DNA of 62,589 nucleotides, counting the filler, from Sphacelaria rigidula (Eukaryota), in assembly GCA_964200075.2 (NCBI GenBank). It is 5 parts of 5 records of this genome, joined end to end, with 100 filler letters (N's around TTAATTAATTAA, not from the genome) between each part and the next. Parts side by side here need not be neighbours in the genome. Positions count along the whole stretch, not along the records: positions 37,618 to 50,053 come from CAXNAA020003773.1; positions 50,154 to 62,589 come from CAXNAA020003774.1; 3 more parts are not named here. The stretch is one strand, 5' to 3'. Numbering within the stretch: the stretch's first letter is position 1; each line of letters starts with the position of its first letter. Positions 39,230 through 50,856 of this stretch are shown one piece after another. A program made the translations under genes and the position numbers. The notes beneath the pieces were generated by a model, which did no database searches, was not told the DNA's origin, and saw only the letters and a program-made list of their open reading frames with translations.

Positions 39230-40240
39230 CCATGTTCAGTGGGGCTGTTTGGGGCGACAGTAGGGCATCCCAGGAGACGCTTCAGCCGCTGAGCAGAAAC
39301 TGGGGGCGAATACATGCCCTGGTAAGAGGCGACGTTATCACTGTCGAGCCGCTCGGCATACCGCGCCCCACTCTATCGTTCGGCATGGCCGAGATCAAAA
39401 AGATTCAGGACGTGTTCGCTGTGCTGTTCAGCAACATTGCGACACAACCCGCGAATACTATCATTTACGTGGTAGGTGGCCCGAGTGCTGCAAAGGTATC
39501 TCCTTTCGTACATTCGAAATGGCTCTCGCCAGGTCAGAGGAGGGGCATCCGTCGGCTTCTTTCGGGTGTTATCAAGACTTGCTCCGGATTTGTTTTGAAC
39601 GTTTCTCGAAATGATGGAAGAGGGACTCTCATGAAGGTAAAGTGCCGCCGCTGGTGTTTCGGAAATAAACCCCGTTGCTGGAAACGTTTAATAGACGTAA
39701 AAATGGCAATTGGATATGAATCGAAAAGGCGGGGAAGTCCCTGCCCTTCGCGAATTGTCGGAGGGCTCAAGAAACACTCCGGCATGAAAAATGCCGCGAT
39801 AGACTCCCCACAAACCAGCCCCAAAACTATCACGAAAAACATGCCCATGTCGCGGATGACAGATACTTTCAGACTACATGAAAAGCGCCCCAAATGGGAG
39901 ACATCGAGGAAAACGATCCCAAGCGTGGGAGTTGCCGGTTGCTCGATGTGCTCGGTTTTATCGTTTTGATGCACATGTAGATCTTGCTTCATCAGATAAG
40001 CCATTTTTCGAGGGGGAGGCTATCGTGGCCCCATTCACCTGGTGAAAGCATTTTTGAGTGTAAGAAAGTAGATGCATATCCTTTCAGGCATGGACAATAA
40101 TGCGCGACAAGGCAAACATGGGGAAGTTTCAGCACGCACACAAAGCCCTTCCTTGGTTGTTTTTGGAAAAATATTCGGAGGAGAATGTGAACTTTCGAAA
40201 GGTGCGTTCAGTCCCATACGAGAACCCAGACCCATTTTGC
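39230..40240. mobile_element. Diverged copy of the long-TIR element at 50857-51609
   Basis: TCTCCTTTCGTACATTCGAAATGGCTCTCGCCAGGT (39499-39534) and its inverted partner (40035-40072), plus GAATGTGAACTTTCGAAAGGTGCGTTCAGTCCCAT, match the contig-5 element. The outer boundaries are approximate. Confidence 0.55.
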
Positions 40241-41314
40241 CGATATTGAGGCCATGCAGGGCGAGGGTCGGGAACTCTCTCCAAGTCATGCATCCAGCCA
40301 AAAAGCTGTTAACGTCCGCATCACAGCAACCTTGGCATCCAATCCCGACAATGAGATCGAGACTTGTACGATGGGCTATGGCGGAACTGTCACCGATTAA
40401 TAATTGGTATACACCACCGCGTCCCAGCCAACCACGGGAGATTGCGGGGGTAGCAAAAGTGGAGGCTGAGGCAGGGAAAAAGCTGTTCTTGCTATGGCTA
40501 ACTGCAGGAGAGGTAGTGGTGGAAGCAAGGCGGAGTGCTGAACGTGTTGTGCGTTCGATCATAAAAGATCGGAGTTCAAAGCCGTCTGCACAAATTGCGG
40601 CGCAAAGGGTCACGGTGTGGACAAATGCCGATGCTCAAGGAAACGGGAGGGCGGTGAAGACGAGAAGAAGGGAGAAATATTCCGCCTCGGCGTGGCAATC
40701 TCGTGGTGATCAGTCACCGGCCGGCGGTGACCACAACACATCGTAAACCTAGTGTCTGCAGCTTCTTGGAAGTTTTACAGCCGCAGTATCCGGCGTCGGG
40801 AGAAGAGTTTTGAAGTCGTGTTTTCTACGGCTGTGGGATCTCACCCATGTCTAGGTGGGCAGTTTCAGCTGACCAAGAAATGCGCAAATCATCTCGGATG
40901 AGCAGACGAGAGGAGCTGATGAGATTTGTCCTGGGGGTCGTGGGTTCTCTTCGACATGGCCCCAGCGGTAGTCTCTCGTGCTGTCCCGGCAGCAAGCCGT
41001 ACATGACACTCACGATAGCACCCCGGACCGCCGATTGGATCTTGGCGCATCCGTCCTTGGTCGCACGTGCGTGAGAGAGAACGGAGGCGGTGACGGGAAT
41101 ATCACTTCGTTTTTCGACGACTTGTTCTGTAGCGCACCGAGGCACGTCCTGTCCAAAAAGAGAGGTAGCGAGGAGCCGATCTTTGGACTGGTGAGCGTGA
41201 CAGGACAAGGCACTCTTACATCAGTCAAGATGCGGCAAGCCAAACCTCATATTGTGTTCTGAGTTGTACAATCAACCGCTTGCCGTTCTTGTGAAGACGG
41301 GAGGGCTGGCAAAC

Positions 41315-42155
41315 GGTTGATTGATCGATTGATTGATTGTCGCACTTTCACTGATCCCCCAGGGGTCCAGCCCTGGTCTCATGAGAGGCGTACCCCAGAA
41401 AAACAAAACTGAAAGACTCGCCGAAGAAAAGAAGGAACAAAACAAGAAACGTCGAACAGAACGACGTAGTAGACCAAAACGTTAAAAACAAATAATCAAA
41501 AGCAAGAAAAGGAACGTACAGAAAGAAATAGCCGACCTACAACAAAAAAAGGGAAAGAGGAAGAAGCTAAAGAGCAGATAAAATAAAGAACAATAATTTG
41601 ATGAAAACAAAAAAAGCCCAAGGGATTCAGGGCAGAAGAGTAGATACAGACACACACCAGTGGGCACCGCAGAGCCACTGACTAAGGATGTAATCAACGG
41701 CCGATATAAGCAGACAGGATTCTTCGATTGGCAGCCCTTGACGCTGCAGCCTCTCGCTTGTGATGGCGGTCTAATTCTCGCTTGTCCGCGCGTCGCCACG
41801 TGTCCTCAAACTCTTCCGCTCCGTTTTCGACTCCAATATGCTATTTGCCCATCCTCTTCGCCGCTACACGAACCACTTTCGTTGGGCTCCTTTGTACGGG
41901 ACAGCCCCTAGCGCACGTAGGTTCTCCTTTAGGGTATCCTCGCATTGCTTGGGAGGGCGGTCGACCTCCTTGGGTCCTCGTGTGGAAAGCCGACCGTTCA
42001 TGACGCGCTTGGGAAGGCGTGTGTCCTCCTGCCAGACAAGGACTCCCGCGAACCAGAGTTAACGTTTGCGGATAGTCCTCTCGATACGTTCGCAGTTGGT
42101 CATCTCGACCACCGCTCTGTACGAAAGAGTCTTGCAGCCATTTCGGTTGGTGTAG
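41315..42155 (-). mobile_element. 5'-truncated RTE-type LINE (ORF2 C-terminus, 3' UTR, (CAAT)n tail)
   Basis: The minus-strand translation KTLSYRAVVEMTNCERIERTIRKR*LWFAGVLVWQEDTRLPKRVMNGRL...RPPKQCEDTLKENLRALG...GVENGAEEFEDTWRRAD is typical of RTE-clade ORF2 ends. It is followed by a T-rich UTR and the tail GTGCGACAATCAATCAATCGATCAATCAAC. Confidence 0.8.
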
Positions 42156-45100
42156 TCATTACTCGATGCCAATCTCTTGACCGATTGGAAATCGCCGAAC
42201 GAAGACACACATAGTACACGCGCGGGGAGCCTGCTCTCCGTCATTGCTCCTCCGGTGGCATCGTCATCGACACACGCGTCGCCGGATGAATTGGGTGCAC
42301 CCAGCAACACCGGCTTACTTTCGAATACAAATACACGAGCCGAAAGTTTCTCCCTCACCCAAAATATTCAGGTGGAAATAGCGAAATTCCACAGGCGGGT
42401 CAGATCTTAACGCGATGTTGAATCCCATTTCCGGGTAGGCCCTCTTAACCCTTTTGGAACTCGCGAACAATACAAACTTCCATATGAGAGCTTTCGACAC
42501 TGGGAAAAAGTTACTTCGAGTTCGGTGGACGAATTTGTCACAGTAGTATACTTGACGTTGGGTGGTGTATCGTTTCGGTTGGCTGCATCATCAACAGTTG
42601 CAGAAAACAACCACATCTTGCCCAAGAAAACGCCATTTGTAAATCATCATTTTTCCATCAACGGTTCCACAAGGGTTGAAGCGAAGTGATGTACGATAGG
42701 TTCTTCGAAGGCTTTCACTCATTCTAGATCCTCGTGATGAGTGCCCACACAATGCTCACACAAGTAGAACACGATTGTTTACAAATATACAGAAGTTCTG
42801 ACGCCGGAATGACCCCGGTCATCCAATCACTGCAGACTCATGTCTTGTTTAATCCTTGGTAGGCTTACTTGATCATAGTATCGACACGCTTTCCCTGTGT
42901 GAGCAAAAAAATAGTTACTTGTTCTCTGTAGCCACCCGCTCGATCGTTTTCCCCCTGCTGACGTAATTCGTCTAGCACAGCCGGAAAATAGAAGAACGAC
43001 GCCGTCAACGCTCACCGGGGCCCGAAGGGGTTATGTTGAAAACTCCACTTGAAAGTTGGAGGATCAAGCTGAGTCTTCATCGAGGGTTCGACTTTCAAGT
43101 TCAAATTTCACGAGCAACTTCAAGTTCGAAGGTTTGAGTTGAAGACCTGACGTTCGAGGCGAAACGTTGAAGTTTAACTTGAATTAGGTATTCAGTATTA
43201 CCCTATAGCCACCAAGGTACGTACACGTCTGGCGCACTATTCTACGCCTGTTTTCTTCCCTTTGCGTACGCTGAAACCACCATGCCGCGTATTGTATACC
43301 AATCAAGCTTGACGAACCAAAAGGAAGCGCAAATGGATTGGAAATGCGAGAGGAAAAGCAGCCCGAAAATGGATTAACCCTTCGATGGCGGACAGCGTAC
43401 TCGCTGGTTGCTAGTAGCCCATTACACACTTTGGGTAGATGGCTTGATTTTACTACAGAGCTCAGCTTACATCACATCGGCCCCACCTCGAGCTCGCTGG
43501 GAATCACAACAGTGAAAACGATCCAGTGTTTGTCCTCCGACAAAAAGAGTTTTCTGTCGAATCGACACCCTTTTTGCCCAGCCAATGAGCGTGAAGACCG
43601 GCTGGCCAACCCTGGTGATCAGAGGGGTGTCAGCAAGGGAACAGGCCAGACAGGTGCGCGCAGACCGACGGACGCAGCAACACAGCAATGACCCCATGGG
43701 GTATACACCCCCATATGGAGAACACCTTCGATAACATGATGACCGTTTACTTCTGCAGTGTTCACTAGTAACTGCCCTTGGCTAAGACAAGGAATTGCTT
43801 CCGCCACCAGTCAAATCTACACGAACTCGCTCGCGATCGTTTCGGTCGCCAGCGAGGTAAGTGTTGGGTTGGGTTTCCTCCTTCCATCAAGAAAAAAAAA
43901 AAACAGTCAAATCTAATATGAGTTTGCCTTTATATCAACAAAAGGCGTATCGGTTGGTAGGCATTAGCAAGAAGTGTGCTTTGACTGTGCGGCACGAATA
44001 CCCAAGCCTGTGCGGCGACGACAAGATGGGATCGATACTGTATGCCAGTCCTGTGAACAGACATATACAGTAAGCAGGATCTTCGTATTCACTTCCCGAA
44101 TATATGCAATGTGATAACTGGTAAGGGACTTGCTGTGGACAGAGTAATCTCAATACACATCCCTACTGCAAGGAGGTCTTCCCGCGAGCCGCATCTGTAG
44201 GGTCGACGGTAGTTGGCGGGTACTTCATGGTTCGCAAAGTGTGCTGCCGGCAGGTGGCGGGGTTGTCTGTACTTCTGCTTCTTCTATGAAAGTACAGCGT
44301 TGTAATGGTGTTGCATCATCACCTGCGGATTTATACACTGTGGGTGTCACGCCGACCGTACGTGTTACGGGAAGGTTTTCCCCCAACCCGGCGCCAAAAT
44401 CTTAAGCCCCAGCACAAGGCAGACCGAGAACCCGCGGGCAGTCAAAGAATTCCTCGGCAGAGCTCACAGCAGCGCCGAAGCTCAACGTGCTCTGAGCATG
44501 TTGCGTGAGCTCGTGGGATTGTGGACCCCGTGAAAATCTGGGTATGACGGTACATGTGAACCTAAGTATTTTTCAGCTTCAATTTTATTACGCCGCGTTC
44601 GTGAGAGGTCTACGCAACGTACTGTATTACTTTCTGGTGCTTGTCCGTGGCGTGGGCTGGATGTCGTCCAAAGACTAATTTCGAACGGGTCGTTTGATCG
44701 CTGGTAAGACATGTTGTCGACGGGCGATCCGAAACTCCTTGCTAAATTTACGTTTAAGCTAAAGTTGAACCTCTAAGGTTCAAGTTAATAGTTGAATCCC
44801 TTACGTTAGAGTTGAAAAGTCACATTTAAGCAGCGAAAATGGCGTTTAGCCTCCACGGCACAACTGGAATTTGTGCGTCCTATCGGTTTTTTCATACGCC
44901 CTACAGTACGATGGCACTCGCCACCAAAATTCAACATATTGTAGCTCTCTCTCAACGGACTGAGATCAATGCGCACACACCGACATGACGTGCAGCGTTA
45001 GTAGCACTTACATGATGAACGACATAAACACGTCAGGTCCCAACCGTGGACTAGCTGTTTGTTCACCTTGTACTATGAGTGGAGAGATGATGCGGCGCAG

Positions 45101-45371
45101 GCCTTCACGGTCTTGCATCGTAGGACATCCATTTGGGTGGACCACCCGGAACACCCATTGGGTTTTCCACATCAACGTTGGGATATCTTTCTCAGATATA
45201 CCTCTTGCAATTTTCTGTGGATTTCTCAGGTGCATTCCCAGTGTATACTTATATTCCAATAATATGTTCATCTGGAATATATCCACATCGTAGATGAGGA
45301 AAAATCACGTATGGAAGTCTCAGATGGGTATCCGTCTCCCATATGGAGCAAATATGATTTCGGGGTCCTGA

Positions 45372-46322
45372 TTAGATGACGCACGATGTTTTCATTGACA
45401 CCTCATCGGTCCATCGTTGGTGCTCGCGTTTGACCTTCACCATGTGCTGCTTCATATGCCATCGACAGAGCCATCGGACCATGTCGCGCGTTAATAGCTT
45501 GAGCACGCCTGGGCTGCTCGTGCTTATGCTGCTCATCTCCATCGCAGCTACAGCGGTAGTGGCACCCTTCTGGGAGATTTGGGTTGTATCGCTATGCAAA
45601 GTCTGGCCAATTAGTACCAATCCGGTGAGTAAAACATGTTCATCATAAATTTCCGAGGGGCGTTCAACCCCGTTGAGGATATCAGATATCCCCGGACGAG
45701 TCAAGGAAATTATCGCGCGCGTAGAGCGCGTCCACTCGACGAATTTCACACCGTCGAACTTGTTTATACTCCTGATGAGTTGAGATACAGATGACTCTCC
45801 CGATGCATTCATCTGCCTCAATTTTTATCAAAACGTTCTATTCACACCTGCAGATCCTGTGAAAGGATCTGAATTCTTGGTCTTCTGGTTGATGCTGCCG
45901 AGACGACCTTGGAGTGACGTCCCCTCGCTCGTGCTGACCGTCGTAGTCTTGAATCGAAGGACGATGACCTGAAGGACTACGTGGTCGCGAATTAAAGGCT
46001 CAAAACCTGTTGAAAATAATTGGTGGCTCGTGGCATTTGGTACTGTTCTCGAAACAGACCGACTACCGTCGCAGAGACAGTAGGTTAGCAGAGGTTGCAC
46101 AGTGGTCGTCAAACCACTTGCTTCTGCAGCAGACAGAAGTCCAAAGACAAAAATGGTGTTTGGGGCTCTTCACTTCGGCCGAACAAAATCAAGGCAGCCT
46201 CTTTTGCAAGCAGAGTGGAAATGAAGGAGAGCTGGGTAAGCTTGGTAAACTTGGGAGAGTGATTGCAAGGGCGATAGACCACCGAATACAACCATGTTCA
46301 ATTCTGGAAGAAGAATCCAACA
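45372..46322 (-). mobile_element. Truncated Ty1/Copia element: 5' LTR (46322-46008), PBS (46007-45996), gag N-terminus (45821-~45620)
   Basis: The LTR is bounded by TGTTGGA...TTCAACA. It is immediately followed by GGTTTTGAGCCT, similar to the copia GGTTATGGGCCC-type PBS. The ORF that follows, MRQMNASGESSVSQLIRSINKFDGVKFVEWTRSTRAIISL...DILNG, resembles a Copia gag start (KFDGxxFxEW). Confidence 0.8.
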
Positions 46323-47375
46323 CTCTACACGTACGTAAGGTCTAATCGTATCATTCAATTCAACCTCGCCATTGCTGACGCGGTAGCCTTGCTAGCTTAG
46401 ATTAACTGCAAAGCTAAACACAAGATATGCTGTAGCTTACGTGGCCTAATTACTCTGCTAGAGTATCTTTCATTGACAAATCATGGCAACACGCCTACTG
46501 TAGCAGTATCCTACCTGAAACGTCATTCGCACAGGTAGACTAAAAATCAACACAAAAGAGGTACTCTGCGTGAAAAGAATACTTCTGAAACGGTCTTGCG
46601 TGGTTCATTGTTTTGTTGAAACGCCACACATTGTACCGCTATCTTTTGTTGCAACAACTCCATTCAAACATAATGAATATAGACTGCATCGTCTAGATTT
46701 TTCCAACAATCTTCAGCTTCGCCAGCTTCATAAATTGGTACTGTAGACATCACCTCAGATTAGTCTGACCGCATCACATGGCATTGGGTTCAAACACGAC
46801 GATGAACGAAACAGTATGTACGTTTTCAACATATCCAACCTGCCGTTACCACTACCGTCGTCAAGGAGCATATTGACTGGATCCTGATCGGGTTCTTCTT
46901 CACGGAGTTCGCTGTCGGCGTTGCAATGGCTGTGGCGGTTGCTCTTTTGGTTGTATTCCGAATGCCGGAGCTTCGTGAGTGCTGGCGGCTACACAGGCGA
47001 ATACGGTTCTACTTCGGGCTAACAATCATTGCTATCATCATCAACCTTAGTCAGGGCATCTGCGGAGTGATTTTCATCCTCACCGACCATCGATGGTGAG
47101 CCGGCGGCGTGAGGATCACACAGGTTGAGGTTGGGCGTTAGAGTAAACTTCCGCCCTGCGTGCACAACTCATGCAATTCGGCGCAATAGTGTGTACTGAC
47201 GTGTTTTGTCATCCCATCTATTCTGCACACCAGTCTAAACCTTTCGGTACATGTGTGGGCGCATCAGACGGGACCACACAGGAGACAAAACAACACAGGA
47301 GTTTTTTTGTTCCCTTATTTGTTTTCGAACTCCGCCGTTCTTCTGCAGTACTTGCGTTGATTTTTATCGTGAGAG

Positions 47376-49245
47376 CACACGCGGCCATTCGGCTACGGTC
47401 GAACATCGTCTAGTGGATTTCCAAACGCGTTTCAACATGCCGTCCCTTTTGAAACTTCGCTATAGGAGCTTGCATTCGCAACCCTCTAGAGGTCTTTTAA
47501 CGCTGGGGTATTCCTCGAGTGTTTGTGTCGACATTGAAATAATCTGGATTGTTTCTGAAGGCACTCGTGCTGTGGAAATCCTACACTTGTTGCAGCATAT
47601 ATGGGATTCGTACAGCATAGACTGTCCAGATCCCATACCCTGGCATATGGGATTTGAACAGCAGAGGCTGCTCGAAGGCCCTCGCTTCGCCCGCCATTTT
47701 TCCTGAAACTGAGCGAAAGGAGGACTTGCGAGCTGCTTCTGCTGTTCATATCCCACATACCGTGCTTTTGTCAGCGTAATGAGATTCGAACGGCAGAGGT
47801 TGATCAAAAACCGTCGTCTTGCCCCCAATTATCAATTGAGCAAAACGAGAAATTTTGTACAGCCTCTGCTGTACAAATTCCATATACTGGCTGCCAATAT
47901 CTGTCCATATGGCGATGCTACGAAGCTTCAGCGGGTGATGGAGGATATACGGCATGTAACCTCCACTTTTACATATGTTATTTTGAATAACTCGTTGTAC
48001 CCTCCACTTCTACATACATATTTTGAAACACCCGTAGTCCCCAGTCCATCGCACTGTATTTGCACACAAAAGCAAGTTGGGTTTACCGAAAGAGGGCCGC
48101 ACCGAAAGATTTTGGTCACAGTTTGTACCTTGATCGGGATAAGAGTCAGTACAAGCACGCACCGGTGTGGTGCTGTACTGGACCGTACCATACCATGTAG
48201 GAACATGCGTGCCGTAATGCAGAGTGCGCGGTATGCGCCACGTTTTGCTACAACTTGCATGCGTGCAAACACGGGGGATGTTATATGCCGTCAGCGATAC
48301 ACGTTGCAAACAGACTGCTGCCGAGTTATGATCATAACTGCCGTTAAAGCTGGTTTCGTGCTGCACGACGCGACTCATTTGGGCGTTATAGCTAATTTCG
48401 GACTGCTACACGCCTCTCATGTGGGCGAAATTACTGCAAACGAGCCCAATAGTGGGATCGCAGCCGGTTCGTTGGATCGTCTCCGGTGCACTTTTTTGGG
48501 GGGGGGTATCTCGTCATTAGTCAACAGTGCGACCCAAAGTGTGGGTGTGTGCATCTAGTTTCGTACAGCAGGATGTGAAAGAGACGCAGGTGAAGTGCAG
48601 TACACAGAGCAGGACTGTCTGCACTCTCTGCCTACAGCGCGACGTGAAAATGACGTGAACCACGTGAATATCTGTACTGCCTGCACTGTCCATGCGTGTA
48701 TACGCGAGTAGGTCTTCCTCCGCGGAGTACCACGCAGCGCCGTCGCTGATCCCCGCTTTGAAATAAGATGCTCAGATTATCACCAACACGAAACATCTGA
48801 TACCCAACGACTGCAGTGCATATGATACAGGGTTGCGGTGGTAGCTGATAATAAGTTGTGTGGGGTTTGCATGGTTCGACCTGTGAACGGCGGGTGATAT
48901 CTGGCGTGGTCTACTGCAAGATTACTGGAGTCGCAACGTTGCCCTTGAGGCAGTCAAGACCCAAGTGTCATCCAGAGGCTTGATATAATGCGAGGCTTGA
49001 TATAGTGCGAACTTCGGAGGTAAATTACACACTGGAGATAACTATTTTCCCAAGTTTCCCCAGAAGCATCCTCAATCAAACCACGTGCTCAAGGGGATCA
49101 TGTGCCTTGTAGCGGTTTTGTGTACTGTCCATTCCACAGGCATTATGATCCCCTAGAGGGTATTTCATCCTCCGGAGGGCCATTTTTCCTTCTAGAGGAA
49201 AAAAACGCGATAGTGAGATTTCAAGAAGCCGATTGGCCGCGTATG
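47376..49245. mobile_element. Older copy of the CACACGCGGCCATTCGGCT-TIR family, with nested repeats
   Basis: The left TIR is CACACGCGGCCATTCGGCTA at 47376 and the degenerate right TIR is AGCCGATTGGCCGCGTATG at 49227-49245. Internal segments are shared with 52260-52560 and, inverted, with 25900-26140. Confidence 0.55.
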
Positions 49246-49604
49246 CTCCAGAGGGCCATTTTGCCTCCTCGAGAGAAGAACAATATCTTCGTGAGATTGA
49301 GAGCAGAGAATACGATTGAGAATAAGAAGCTGTCAATAAGTGAATAGATCGTTTCAGTTCCGAAATGCTCCTCCACGAGACCCGATATGCTTTCTGCAGT
49401 AGCTTGCCCTTGAGGCCGTTGATATCGCGGAGTAGTATATCGACGTTTAGCTGTAAGCACACCGCAGTGATAGAGGCAAAGAAAAGAACACGCGGAATGA
49501 AATATGGGCTATGTAAAGCGAATGATCAAAGCCACTCTCAACCAGCGCTCCACTCTCAATCTCACGAAAACGTACTTGAAAGTAGATGCGATAGTACGAT
49601 TTCA

Positions 49605-49813
49605 AGCACAAAATGAATGGCCGTCTGTGAGAGATTCAACGTTGCCTTCCCCTGATCGGCTGCGAAGTCGAACTTTATGTGCCCACGACGTAGTCACTGT
49701 CCACTGTTGGGCATGGTGTGAGAAAAGGTTCCAGATCGTATGACTTTACCGAGGTTCGAACCGATGACCCGACTATCCGAAGCTTTCGAGGTTACTAACT
49801 GAGCCACCGGGCG
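49605..49813 (-). mobile_element. tRNA-derived SINE
   Basis: The minus strand reads CCGGTGGCTCAGTTAGTAACC (A box-like), then GGTTCGAACC (B box) at tRNA-like spacing. There is no proper cloverleaf, and a non-tRNA body follows. Confidence 0.6.
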
Positions 49814-50053
49814 GACTGACTTTCGACAGTGTCACCCGGAATTCCTTCCTCACCTCAAACTGCACATTCCCCCCCTTCCCTATCTCATGACACACCCTCC
49901 CCTCAGCTCACTAAGTGTTTATACCGGTGCTCTAACCAACACACAGATGGAGCATATCTTCGTATCATGTGCTACTTTCAGTGAGTCATCCTACGATAGG
50001 GGGGGGATATTTTGGGCAATTTGTTGCTTGAAATTGCGAGTCAGATCGTCGTT

Positions 50054-50153
50054 NNNNNNNNNNNNNNNNNNNNNNNNNNNNNNNNNNNNNNNNNNNNTTA
50101 ATTAATTAANNNNNNNNNNNNNNNNNNNNNNNNNNNNNNNNNNNNNNNNNNNN
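50054..50153. other. Artificial contig linker
   Basis: Same 100-nt N/TTAATTAATTAA/N spacer. Confidence 0.97.
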
Positions 50154-50380
50154 GATACGTGGTCAATGGTCGAACGACTAAGGCAAGCAACAAATGAGTA
50201 CGCCCCCTTCACGCTTCCCTAAGTACTCATTTCAATACTCTCCTTAGCATAGCCGCCTTTCTTTGCAGCAAAAAGCAACGACAGACGGACGCGGGAAAAA
50301 AATCACTACCATCCCCTGAGTAGTCATGAGTAGGCGTCCCTTACATGCCGTAATCGCTGAAGAAAAGTAAAAAAAAACTG

Positions 50381-50759
50381 TGCTAAGTCAATGTGCTTCG
50401 CACGCGTGAGTTCGAATCTCACTGGTGTCGCCAATGTGAAGGTCGTGACACTCCCGGTGATGGTAGGAAGCGTCGAAGGTGGCTGATGATTTTCCTCAGG
50501 TTATGTAGTCAAGCATTGACCGTAAGTCGTGGGGTTAATGCAAGGGGACCACTCGGAAAAGCTCGACGAGCGCGAGCGAGTTGGCCCGGAGACGAGACGA
50601 AGCCAAGAGTCTAAGAGTGATTCCCAGGGATAGCCAGCAGGTCGCTTAGAGGATCCCTGTTACCTTGGGGTCCCAGATCCGGCTGTACAGATATGGGAGT
50701 TTCGGAGCTCCCACGAAAATTACCCCTGTAATAGCCGTTCACTAGGTTACGTCATAAAA
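50381..50759 (+). mobile_element. SINE-like element headed by the 3' half of tRNA-Ser(GCT) including CCA (50381-50433)
   Basis: TGCTAAGTCAA (anticodon loop GCT and 3' stem), TGTGCTTCGCACGC (long variable arm), GTGAG-TTCGAAT-CTCAC (T arm, B box), TGGTGTCG-CCA. A ~320-nt body follows and ends CATAAAA. The 5' half of the tRNA is absent, so this is not a functional tRNA gene. Confidence 0.65.
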
Positions 50760-50856
50760 GGAAATCTCTCCGCACATGCCCAAATAAATGGCGATCTCTA
50801 CAGAAGGAAGGGTAAATCAGACGAACAGAGTAGACTGAAAAGAAAGGGGGGAAACA

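Noticed and set aside
39205..40746. Long ORFs 39205-39969(+), 40072-40746(+), 40035-40613(-)
   Set aside because: They overlap a long-inverted-repeat non-autonomous element, have no motifs, and similar 'peptides' appear on both strands because of the TIRs.
47779..48558. 259-aa ORF
   Set aside because: It is a mosaic of dispersed repeats (matches at 52260-52560 and inverted 25900-26140) with no recognisable domain.
50381..50433. Functional tRNA-Ser(GCT) gene
   Set aside because: The 5' acceptor strand, D arm and A box are missing, and there is no terminator after the 3' end.
50434..50570. Hammerhead (CTGATGA) or HDV-like/theta ribozyme after the tRNA CCA
   Set aside because: CTGATGA is present, but I could not place a GAAA after a stem II with stems I and III. 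An HDV fold needs a 5-nt L3 and a non-stacked P2/P3. It is unsupported without a covariance search.
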